DNA of 64,000 nucleotides. It comes from Eledone cirrhosa (taxonomy: Eukaryota). The translations under genes and the position numbers were made by a program. Of this stretch, positions 26,790 through 38,510 are shown in pieces (position 1 is the stretch's first letter; every line of letters starts with the position of its first letter). The notes beneath the pieces are model-generated. The model worked only from the letters and a program-made list of their open reading frames with translations. It was not told the DNA's origin and made no database searches. The stretch lies in assembly GCA_964016885.1 (NCBI GenBank), contig OZ024747.1, positions 45,756,001 to 45,820,000 on the forward strand. Direction: 5' to 3'.

Positions 26790-28515
26790 GGTGAGAGAAT
26801 TCTGGCCGGATTAAATGCTAAATCATCAGAAAGTGATAACTTTTAATCAAACCTTATTAGGAGCAACAACCCCAAACTCTACTTCAAATACTTTCACAAT
26901 AACACTCTTTGAAGGAATTTGTCCAAAGACTTCTAGAACTTTATGGGTCTACTTCTGTTTTAATGTGTTTTGGTGTAATGTTGAAGAGAGCGGTGCCAAT
27001 TGAGGTGAAATAATTATGTTATGAGATGCAAATGTGATTTTTGTTGTGGGCGGATAGCACAGGCCCCAAGTCTTGGGTGTACCTTAAAGGTGATGCCTAC
27101 ATCATTTGGGCAATGCTGATGGAATATTTTCCACATCATGTAGATGATGTAGCGCTCACGGTGATGTTGAAGAGAATAAAGTTTGAGCTTTTCTAGTCAG
27201 CCCCAATAGTCAAGGCCTATCATTCACATCTTTGAGGTGCTTCAACTTTCATGATACTTTGTTTCACGTGGGAAGACCACAGTGGAGAACAGTATTGAAA
27301 GAGGAGTCAGGCAAAGGTGGAGAATAGAAGGATAATGGTGTGGATATCACCCAACTGGAAAGTTCTAAGAATCCAGGAACACATTCTGTGGGCCATGTCA
27401 ACTTTGCTGTTTATAATGAGTGGCCCAGCTTATGTTGTTGTCCACAAATTATGTTGTTGGATGCCACGAGAGTTTCCCTTGAAGGAAGGGTGTATGGGAG
27501 TTTCAGGGCATCCTTTTTTCCAAAGTGGATTAACTCAAATGTATCCTCATTCAGCAACATATTATTCTTTTCCACCAATTGGATAACAGCCAGTAGATCT
27601 GATTGGAGGCATATCTGGTCATCCACGCCATTAATGACCTTCTAGAGCTTGGAATCATCTGTGAAGATTCTTATGTTGCTGTGTTTGATGATGTCAGTAA
27701 TGTCATTAATGTAGATAATGAAAAAAAGTGGGCCCAACACAGTGCCTTTCGGAACATCACTACTGACTTTGGCTGGGCTTGATTTTATTCCTTCGACTAC
27801 ATGTTGAGCTCCGTCTGTCAGGAAACACTTGATCCATTGCAATCACTTTCCAGAGATGTAGGATAGTTTTTTCAATAGAATCTTGTGATCAACCCTGTCA
27901 AAGGCCTTGCTGAAATCAAGGTAGATGTCATAAGTGCTGCAGCCCTCTCTCAAAGCTCTCAAAATGTCATCAAAGTGATGTAGGAGCTGTATTAGGTAGT
28001 TCCTTCCATTACGCAACCCATGTTAGTTGGAGTTCAGCAGTCTGTTGCTTTCAAAAATGTGGGTTATTCGTGATCTCACCACCATCTCAAATGCCTTGAC
28101 GATATAAGAGGTGAGTGCGATCGGATGGTAGTTCACTGCAAGGAACTTGTTTCCCTTTTTGAAAATTGGGACAACAGACTGGGACACAAAGTTTTCAGGA
28201 ATATAGCCAGTATCCAGTGAGTTCCTCTACAGATTAGCAAGAGGAGATGCAAGTTGGTGTCGACACACCTTCAGGATACAAGCCAAGAACCTATTGGGGA
28301 CTACAGCTGAATTGTATTTAATTTTGTTTATTGCCACTTAGACATCAGGGCACCAAACGTTATGTCAAATATAGTATGTTGGGGATTAACATCACTGATA
28401 CAGCCCAGATTGGTCATATCAAGATTGCTGAAATGAGAGCAGTATTGTTTCTGCAGTATCTCACCCATGGTTTTGGCATTATCTTGGAGAGTACCATTTT
28501 CATCAATTAGACAGA
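26790..28515 (-). mobile_element. CR1/L2-type LINE RT and 3' region, decayed
   Basis: Minus-strand YLDFSKAFD, SDVPKGTVLGPLFFIIYINDI, IFTDDSKL, and the CR1-type LQSDL..VIQ..EKNNMLLNEDTFELIHFGK. Confidence 0.88.
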
Positions 28516-28519
28516 AATA

Positions 28520-28855
<336 letters not shown>

Positions 28856-28949
28856 ATAGTATATTTGATAATATACTGTATGTTTAATTAAAAACATTTT
28901 GCTATTAATGTTAAAGTAGTGTCTATGTCACTTACTTATTCTTGTATTT

Positions 28950-29122
28950 TGGGGGAGAGGAAAGTGAATTAAATTGACTCGAGTACATGACAGGTACTTT
29001 ATTCTATCGACCCAGTAATGATGAAAGGAAAAGCTAACCTCACTGGGATTTGAACTCAGAACGTAAAGCAATATAACTCTATGCTGTGTAGCAACACTTT
29101 ACCAACACTGCCAATCCACAAC
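28950..29122 (-). mobile_element. SINE family A, longer subtype, decayed
   Basis: GGATTTGAACTCAGA and CTGCCAATCCAC are retained. Confidence 0.75.
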
Positions 29123-29443
29123 CCTAAAAGTTTAGTGCAGATATTGGCCAGGATTGAACCCCAGACCAGGATATCCACTATCTCTAATACCACCAACCAG
29201 TCTAGCGAGACAGCTACATTGCAGATAAATATAATAACAGTTGATAACTACGAATAATATTTGAATGCATTGAGTAAAGTACTGCTGGAGACATAAATAT
29301 GTTGACAGAGTTGTTTGCAGAGTAACAAATCACGCATGTCTTATATCAGCAACATATGCTTCTCTTGGCCACATTCAATCAGAAACTCTGACAACCACTC
29401 CAATTTATTCCAGCATGGGAAATATATGTAAAATGATGATGAT

Positions 29444-29619
29444 CAGGCCCCCCAAGAAAAATTTTGCAAGGCAGTACAAGGCTGCTTTGGGGCTCAAATC
29501 AGACAAAGATTTTTCTCGGAATTGAGGATTTGATGCCAAGTAAATCTTTATGAGGGGGCCTTCTTAGCTCTTGGGCCCCAGAACAAATTACCGACTGGAA
29601 CCCCCTCTCATAGGCCCTG
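29444..29619. mobile_element. hAT-type MITE inserted into a (GAT)n retro-tail
   Basis: Ends CAGGCCC and GGCCCTG, with 8-bp flanks ATGATGAT on both sides. The flank lies within a triplet repeat, so TSD length is ambiguous. Confidence 0.7.
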
Positions 29620-31109
29620 ATGATGATGTATTATGAAAAGTGTGTGTGGTTATGATTGTTTGGCGAAAGTTGCTAGAATGCAAGTTAAATATGCTAAAGT
29701 GAAAACCAGAGTAAAATGAGACAAACAAAAACAAAACACTAAATTATTGTTTTACTTTATATTTCATGATACATTGGGGTTTGGAGCCCTATTTTTAAAT
29801 GATAGCAACTAGAGTGTGAGGGTGAAGACAAGCAGGGTTTTACTATCAATGTTATTTTGATAAACAGCTGTTAAAAATCAAATTGCTTTGTGTAGTTAAA
29901 TCTGATTCTTCCAAGCAAATCATCGTCAAAAGTTATCCAAGATAATGGCATCTAACTCCTTGAGACATCAGTTCATTCTTTTAATAATGCACATTTATAA
30001 GTTGTCTCCCTTGGATTATTAACAATTATTATTGTTGTTGTTACATTTTGTTGTTGTTATTATTTAAATTTTTGATATCATAATTCTGTAATAAAAGATT
30101 ACCTAGCTGTGAATAACAATGAAATAAAACCACATACTGAAAAGAATTTTAGAATAAAAATCAATAAGATGTATAATTTAAATATAATTTTATTGTACAC
30201 TTCTTTTTAAAAAAATGTTCTATAATGTTAAATAAAATAAAATATCATTTATTCCCAGAAATGCTAATAGGAAAATATAAAAAACAGCAATTGAAAGGAT
30301 GGTGGTTGGAATAAAATTATGTTTGGATATTTTTCTCTATTATTAATAGTGAAATTTGAACAGGAAACAGTATGAATATCTTACATATAAATCATTCAAA
30401 GATAACAATCTATTGCAAATTTATACTGTTTTATATCGATTATATTAGATTATTTTTATATCACAGGGCAACAACTTCCCTCCCTCTACAAAAAATTCTG
30501 ATATCTTGAAAGTTAGACTTAGTATAAATATATTTGTGGCACTGATTTCAAATATAGCAAATATTTTGACCTGTCCGCTTTAGTTTTGCAGATATAGTTT
30601 ACACCTTGATATACTGATGTATTTACTGATGTGCTGAATTCTAGGACACTGGTTGCACTTTACTTCAATATTCCTGACATCTCATTTGCTGTAAATCTCA
30701 TATTATTCCATCAAAAATGATCAAAGTATTGTTTCTATTATGAATATATTTATGTGAAAGACATAAAAATTATGGTAGAATCCTTGGGTTGGAGGCTACA
30801 GATATGTGTCTCTATGGCAAAGTCAGTAGCCACCCCAATAAAACTGTGGACTTCAGTTTTCACTTCCTGCTGTTGTAAAGAAAATGTTATCTCATTTTGA
30901 ATAACTTGTGTTTGTATATAGACTTTCTGCATGGAAAATTTAGCTTGTGTATTCATGTACACATGCCAGTCGATGATAGGTTGTCATGAACCCCATCTCC
31001 CCATTCATCAACTCTGCATCATGGACATGCAGAACTCCAGGCATATACCACCACATGGTCTCAATGAACAAAAATGCATTTACCAATTTTGTAGATTCAA
31101 TAGACATTA

Positions 31110-31420
31110 TAGCTTTTCTCAAAAAGAATATGTTAAAATATCAAAATTTCTTTTGTTATTTCTGTGGCAATAACACTCTGAATAAACATAGGGGTCCTAT
31201 TTCTGATTTTCTGAAGAGAGCATGCCATATACATTTTAAAACACAGATTGGAGAACAAGACAAGTCATGGGTTCTCCTATTGTATAAAAACCTTGCATAG
31301 TACATTTATGGCAATACACTATTAAAAGGTGGAGGAGCCTGGTACTTGGAGTAGTAATATTTGTATAGAAGTAAATACAAAGCATGATGATGATTGTTAT
31401 TTTCATCTTGTCCACTTAAA
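31110..31420 (+). pseudogene. Decayed DNA transposase N-terminus (probably CMC/Chapaev3-like)
   Basis: NFFCYFCG...FLKRACHIHFKTQIGEQDKSW...DDCYF resembles the FCYICG..AY..YF..LGDQDKSW..DDCYFC pattern. Superfamily assignment is from memory. Confidence 0.6.
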
Positions 31421-31489
31421 AGACATCACTTTAAAGAATCAAACCAATGGCATATGAGGTATCCATTATATCTTTCATTAATCTACTAG

Positions 31490-31690
31490 AGCTTTTAAAT
31501 GCTAGGTTTTCATCTTAGTTCACTTATGCTACGTTGTTCATCCATCCGACCCTTTCTCATTTCATTCCTTACTAGCCTTCTCAGATCTTCTACAATCAAG
31601 GCTGAAGCCTCACTGCTTTGTAACATTGTAATTTACATGCAAGCATCATACAATCTTCACTCTTGTCAGAAGACAACTGAGTAACCTCAT
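31490..31690 (-). mobile_element. Fragment of the PHD-type RTE family
   Basis: RLYDACM*ITMLQSSEASALIVEDLRRLVRNE parallels RLYDACIRTTMLHGSETWALCAEDLCRLERNE in ORF 39000-40031. Confidence 0.75.
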
Positions 31691-32133
31691 CAAGGAATCA
31701 AACCTCTCTTTAAGGAGTATTTTGAATTGCTTGATGATGGGTTGAATTGGAGGTGTGGCAGGGATAGTGGGGCATCAAAAACCTGCCACCACCACCACCT
31801 TCCCAATGCAGTTATGAAGGGATGGAAAGTTCACCCTGACCTATAATGATTTCAAATTTTTGCATAAGGCCAGTAATATAAGTGGGAGGAAAGTTGATTA
31901 TATTGACCCCAATACTTGACTGGTACAATATTTTATTGACATTGGAAGGATGACATGCAAAATTAAGCATAACAAGATTTGAACACAGAACACTGAGCAA
32001 AAATAAATACTGCAAAACATTTGTCCTATCGTCTGCCATATCTTAACTATAATAAAGGGAGGAGAGTGGCACTGCATCCAGAATATATTTTTTTATCCCG
32101 TTTGTAAAATAAGTTGAATTTCTTTGAATAAAT

Positions 32134-32321
32134 AATTGTTTCTACTTTAGGCACAAGGCCAGCAATTATCCAGTGCATTACTGGTACTTTATTTTATCGA
32201 CCCCGTAAGGATGAAAGGCAAAGTCAACCTCGGCAGGATTTGAACTCAGATCGTAAAGGGACGTAACTATGCTGGAAAGCATGGTGTCCGACTCTCTACC
32301 GATACTGCCAATCCACCGCCC
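32134..32321 (-). mobile_element. SINE family A, young copy with TSD
   Basis: Near-consensus unit with flanking duplication TTCTTTGAATAAATAAT. Confidence 0.95.
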
Positions 32322-32969
32322 TTTCTTTGAATAAATAATGAATGAATATTACATAATTTATGTACTAAATTTCATAACTCTTGATTAAACATAAATAATT
32401 TTATTGCTTATTTTAAGATTCACTTCTTTAAAATTTTCAAATGACAACACTTCCAGTTAGCGCCTGTTATATTATAACATTAATTACATCACTTATATAA
32501 TGTATCATGGATTACTTTACTGATTACAGAAGAGAGTGTAACACAGAATTTGTTCAATTTCTGTGCATATTGTCAATTACGATTTCATTTGACGTATCAT
32601 ATCTACATGTATATATATTTGCGTATAATATCAATATGCACACTACACATACTAGCATAAAACCACCTGAAGGGTGGTTTTTCTGCTAGTTCCTATTAAT
32701 TTAGTTTGGTAGCAAAAAAACTATATTTGACTCCCCAAGCAATGAGAACACTTGTTTTGCCATTGGGTTGAATAAAAAGGTGCTACATTTCAGAACCAAA
32801 TCTATGTCTTATTATAGGAGAGAAATAAGTTTCTGCCCTTCATCTCTGACGATAATTATACAGTGTTCTGTATTTAAATCTGAGACGGTCTGAGGAATAT
32901 TGATATATATATGTATACACATACCAAATGAAAGGTGGGTCACATTGTATTGCTTGTTGCATGTGTAGT

Positions 32970-33195
32970 TTAATCTGTTTGATTCCAAACCACCTTAAAC
33001 AGCCCTGGTTTCTCTGATTCTAAACTATTTATTCTAAAGTGTTTATATTCAGCTAAAAACCTTCCTTCATAATTTTATATAAGAATCTTTGTTATGATAT
33101 ACACAAAAAAAACCGCCCCCAGATAAATAATGAGAAAGTTACTATATGACTAAATCCCTCCAAATTCTTGATTATTTTTTAAATGATAGACAGTG
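32970..33195 (+). mobile_element. Decayed copy of the TTAA-flanked MITE family at 51541
   Basis: Shares AAACTATTT...AAGTGTTTATATTCA.CTAAA and TAATGAGAAAGTT with 51541-51754. Confidence 0.55.
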
Positions 33196-33802
33196 TCCCT
33201 TGTTAAAAACATGGTCTACACCCATGTCTTATTTGTTTGATGAGTTTATGACTGGAATTATGATAGATAAAATCCTTACTAATCTTCAATGCTCCAAAAA
33301 CACATTTGACTTTCATATAAAGGAACAAATAGACAATTTAAAAAGAAATGTATAATGTTGAGAAGGCCATGGTTATGGGGTAAAAGACTTTGCAAGCAAA
33401 TTATATATCAATAAATTCAATCAATTAACATCACTCCTTTACCTAGTCCTCATTTGTTCTAGCTGCAAGAATATTCTTGACAATTATAAGGAAAACAACT
33501 ACTCTGAATTAGTAGACAATATTATATAAAGGAAAAATGGTGAAAGAATTTGTAAACCAATCATTAATTAATTTCATTCATTCATTAATTCATATATTAA
33601 TTAATTCATTCATTTATTCATTCTGAAGCAATAAAAATGTAAACTATAAACAATGTGTTATTTATTTTGGCAGTCAAAATACCCAGCTAAAATACAACAG
33701 TGTATCATTTCACTTTTCATTCTCTGGTTGTCCTGTCTCAGAAAATCTAAAGATGAATTCATTTGTCAGCTATTTCTTCAAGTAAGAAAAGTAACAAAAG
33801 TC

Positions 33803-34307
33803 AGTGTTCAATACTTTCATTATATGTATCAGAATACAACAACAATGGCAACAATAACAAGAATTATAATAACAAGAACAGCAACACCAGCATCAATAAT
33901 TGTTATAATAGGTGACTCCTAGAAAAGTGGATTATATGCTTGAAAAGAGTAAAATTAAAATGTCTTATATTTGCCATCTAAGTACGAGCAACTGAAATGG
34001 ACTTAATCTGTTATTCTGGTCTAATAAGCCAGTTGTGTGTACCATTAAAGGGATTCTTCCAATATTGGAAGAGAAACAGAAATAATGCAGAAAATGTCAA
34101 AACTAAGTCCATTTCATTTGCTAAAACTTAGATGACAATGTACTAGAAAGATAAGACATTTAAATTTTACTCTTTTCAAACATATACTCCAGATTTATAA
34201 GTGTTACCAATCTGAACAGGATTATTGATATTGTTGTTGTTGCAAATATTGATATCACCAACGTTGTTGTATTCTGATATATATATATATTGAAGGCATT
34301 GAACAAT
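33803..34307. repeat. Old ~500-bp inverted repeat (MITE-like)
   Basis: TTGAAAAGAGTAAAATT.AAATGTCTTAT pairs with ATAAGACATTTAAATTTTACTCTTTTCAA. TGAAATGGACTTA pairs with TAAGTCCATTTCA. TATCAGAATACAACAAC pairs with GTTGTTGTATTCTGATA. Confidence 0.8.
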
Positions 34308-34637
34308 ATCAACTTTTGTTAGCTCTCCACACTAACAAATCCATCATTACCACTACCCACCTTTTACTACTACTTTGTCTTGTGTTAATGTCCTTAACAA
34401 CTTAAATATATTTACCAAAATGTTAGAAAATATCAAGCTTCATCTTAACCTTTCAGTTCTATACACCTACAAAGATGATGCCAAACTCTGGCACTACTTC
34501 ACAAGTACAACTTTTTATTGAAAATAATAAAAAAAGAAAACAGAAGTGAAAGGTTGAGGATTCTTGTACTGTTCTTAAATTACATCCTTATAGTTAGTGG
34601 TCCAAAAAAAGTTTAGTGATAAATAGAAAGAAAATAA

Positions 34638-34675
34638 TGTATGTATGTATATATGTATGTATGTATATATGTATG

Positions 34676-34707
<32 letters not shown>

Positions 34708-34776
34708 TATACATATATATACACATACATATACATATATATATATATATATACATATATATATACATACATATAC

Positions 34777-34812
<36 letters not shown>

Positions 34813-34872
34813 ATATATACATTTTTTTTTTTTTTGCATATATATATTTGTGTATATATATATATATACATA
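34638..34872. repeat. Compound (TA)n/(TATG)/(TG) microsatellite
   Basis: Seen directly. Confidence 0.95.
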
Positions 34873-35069
34873 TTTTGAAATATATATACAAAAAAATCTG
34901 TATATGTATTTTTGTCTCATCAAGTACAAACACACACACACATAAATTGAAACACTCATATACACTCACACATAAACTATATATAAATATGTATATATAT
35001 ATTAAAAAACGTAGTGTGTGAAGCTCAAATTTTCTAACTTACAAAGTGCAAAAGAAATAAATTTATAAG

Positions 35070-35124
35070 AGGATGAAGGAAGTTCAGGCACAGAAAACAA
35101 CTGTGCCTGAGCTCCCTACATCCT
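35070..35124. repeat. Short hairpin: 24-bp stem, 7-nt loop
   Basis: AGGATGAAGGAAGTTCAGGCACAG-AAAACAA-CTGTGCCTGAGCTCCCTACATCCT. Confidence 0.85.
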
Positions 35125-35137
35125 GCTATATGTATGC

Positions 35138-35200
<63 letters not shown>

Positions 35201-35203
<3 letters not shown>

Positions 35204-35725
35204 ATAATAATAAATTTGAAGACTAAAATACAAAGAGGGCTCGATAAGGATAAATATATATCAAATATATAAGAACCGTAGAGCAAATATTTATTAAAAT
35301 AACAGATTAAAGTTTAAGCAAAGAATCGCTGCTTTCACACTTAACGGGATCTTCTGAAATTAAAAGAAATCAATCTGTGGACCCAGAAGTAAATATTTCA
35401 AAAAACGTTGCAACCGTAGGAGACAGGAAGACGATACTTTGGTTCGTGGAAACGTTCGCTGGCAATGAACGGAAACAAACGAATATAATACGTCATTATT
35501 TGGAGCAGTGAGAACAATTACACGCAAAGACAAAACCACGTTCACGGTGTAAAGGAAGTCATGGACTAATATTCTATTAGGTAGTTAGTAGAGACGTTCT
35601 CTGGCAATGAACGGCAAAAACGAAGATAATACATCATTATGTTGTGCGATGAGAACAATTACACGCAAAGACAAAACCGCGTTCATGGTATAACTGAAGT
35701 CGTAGACTAAAATTCTATTTAGGAA
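35201..35725. repeat. (TA)n-abutting repeat (same family as 8507) followed by two ~141-bp tandem units
   Basis: 35201-35358 matches 8507-8663. Units at about 35450 and 35591 share TGAGAACAATTACACGCAAAGACAAAACC. Confidence 0.85.
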
Positions 35726-35989
35726 ACCGAATGATTCTCGGCTTCCGAGTTAAGAATAATGTAAATAAATTGCAGAGGTTATTGATATATATATATAGAT
35801 ATAAATGTTTATATATATATATGTATACGTATAGGTATACATATGTGTGTGTGCGTGTATGGGTGTGTCTATGTGTATGTAAATGAACGCAAATAATGAT
35901 CATCATTATCAATGCATTAATACATTATTTAATTCATTTATATGATTCATTCAACAACAAAGGAGGTAGCATTTAATTCTTTCCAGCAC

Positions 35990-36200
35990 GTCTCACTCAC
36001 AGTCCTCTGGGGAAATGCCTTCTGTATTCTGTCCACCGTGGCCATAAGACGGCCAGCACGTGCGCCGCCATTTGTTCATTATAGTGAGAAGTAGGGAGAG
36101 CAGGAGAGATGGAGGCAGTAGGAGTTTGGTTCCTTTGTGTTTAGACCTGGTATATATGTATATATTTCGGATACACACTGAGTCAACTTAAATAGGATAT
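35990..36200 (+). mobile_element. CRE-like retrotransposon extreme 3' fragment
   Basis: LTVLWGNAFCILS (QRGNAxSIL-type motif); homologous to the reverse complement of about 62980-63125. Confidence 0.7.
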
Positions 36201-36459
36201 GAAAAAGATATTTATTTACCGATCACATGTTCTGATGCATCCCGATACGAAGATTTGAGAAATGTAAAAAGTTTCATATTTAGGGAAAGTGTTGATATTT
36301 ATGGAAGGTTAGATATGTAAGAATTTTTTTTAACTGCATGAAACATCTAATGGTTAGTTTCACTAGTGTACTCAAGGCTCATATATTGACTTGAATATAT
36401 TAATCTGTAAAATGCTATAATACTTTAGAATTATTTACATATATATATATATATCATAA

Positions 36460-36858
36460 TCATCATCATCATCATCATCATTTTACGCCCGCTTTTTCCT
36501 GCGTGCAAGGGTGGGACGGGTTCTATTCAGCACAGCATCTCTCCACTTGTCACGGTCCATTGTCATCTCCTCCATGAGCTTCAGCGATCTGAGGTCTGTT
36601 CTCAACCCCTCCGCCCATGTTTTTTCTGGTCTTCCTCTACTGCGTCTTCCTTCAACTGAGATTTCTTGGCACTTCTTTACCCAGCGGTCATCCTCCATGC
36701 GCATCACATGTCCATACCATCTCAGCCTTCTCTCCTACACACCACGACTTATCCCTCTCATACCCAGTTTCTCTCTCAACTCATCTATGCTTAGTCGTTC
36801 ACGCACATTGACATTGCACATCCAACGGAGCATGCTTGCTTCATTTCTCTCCAGCCGT
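36460..36858 (-). mobile_element. RTE 3' fragment with (GAT)n tail (second subfamily)
   Basis: RLRWYGHVMRMEDDRWVKKC..VEGRRSRGRPEKTW..DRDKWR. Confidence 0.88.
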
Positions 36859-36932
36859 CGCATATTTCACTACCATGCAGCATCGTGCATCTCACATAGG
36901 CACCAGGCATCATATATATCTATCTATCTATC

Positions 36933-37455
36933 TAAGGCGGGTAAAATTCCCGAGATCCATGGACGAGTTCTCTCCAGCGGTCTCTCTCCCTCATTATCGC
37001 TGCCATGTCCTGCGTCTCCAACAGACCAGTGTCTGTCCTTAGGGCATCAACATACGTTAACCTTGTTCTTCCTCTTCTAGTGTGTCCATGTAGGGGCTCC
37101 CAAAGAAACTCACTCAGATGGTGGATGGGTGCTACACGAGAATGTTGAGGATGGCTCTGAACATTAATCAGTATACACTGAGGATGAAAAACTCAGAGCT
37201 GTATGGGAGCATCCCAAAAGTCAGCTCAAAAGTGACACAGAGGAGACTGAGGTTAGCTGGACATGCTCACCGACATCCAGAGTGGACATCATATATATAT
37301 GTATATATATATATATATATAGTATATAAGTATGTATTATGAAAAACATAAGGCGTGATTAGAAAAAAATATTATTTAATTATATATTTTTACATGTTTC
37401 ATTAAGGGTTACATAATCATTCTGCAGGTCTGAAAATGAAAACTACCATATCCTT

Positions 37456-37554
<99 letters not shown>

Positions 37555-37903
37555 ATACTGATTAATGTTCAGAGCCATCCTCAGCATTCTCGTGTAGCAC
37601 CCATCCACCATCTGAGTGAGTTTCCTGGTCAGTGTCCAAGTCTCAGACCTGTACAGCAGCAAGACTCCACTACAGCAATGAGGAGACTGAGGTTAGCTGG
37701 ACATGCTCACCGACATCCAGAGTTGACATTGCACTCAGTGCTCCTGTGGGATCCCCTACATGGACACACTAGAAGAGGAAGACCAAGGTTAACGTATGTT
37801 GATGCCCTAAGGACAGACACTGGTCTGTTGGAGACGCAGGACATGGCAGCGATAATGAGGGACAGAGACCGCTGGAGAGAACTCGTCCATTTTACCTGCC
37901 CTA
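36933..37903. mobile_element. Rearranged RTE-like LINE 3' segments (duplicated and inverted)
   Basis: LLYRSETWTLT, DGCYTRMLRMALNI and RRLRLAGH..RGRPRLTYVD occur as four blocks of alternating orientation. Confidence 0.85.
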
Positions 37904-37921
37904 GAATATATATATGTGCGC

Positions 37922-37999
37922 GTGTGTGTGTGTGTGTGTGTGTGTGTTGTGGTGTGGTGTGGTGTGGTGTGGTGTGGTGTGGTGTGGTGTGGTGTGTGT

Positions 38000-38066
<67 letters not shown>
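37922..38066. repeat. (GT)n / (GTGTG)n microsatellite
   Basis: Seen directly. Confidence 0.95.
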
Positions 38067-38070
<4 letters not shown>

Positions 38071-38510
38071 CATACATCTGTACAGTACTATCTACCAAAT
38101 TCTACTCACAAGGTCTTGGTTAATTCAAAGTTATTGCCAAGAAAACATTCAAGAAATACAATAGAGTCAAAACTGGAACCTGCAATTTTAAAATAAATTT
38201 CTTTACAAGACAGCTACGCATGCTCCTTTTTCACCATAGTGTTTATATTTCTCTTTATAACAAATTAAATGGTACCGTTCTGCACAGTGTGCTTTGCATA
38301 TTTTATTCTAATCTCTTTCAGATCAAATACTATCGGTTGGCTTATATAGTTCATTCTCATATTCAATGTACATTTACAGAGAACAGGAAATGTTTCTTGT
38401 TTATTTATAAGTTGCAGAGATGGTTACAGTGCTTTGTTAAATTGAAATATGCCATTGCTTATATTTATGTGAATCTCTCTCTGTATATATATATATATAT
38501 CATCATCATC

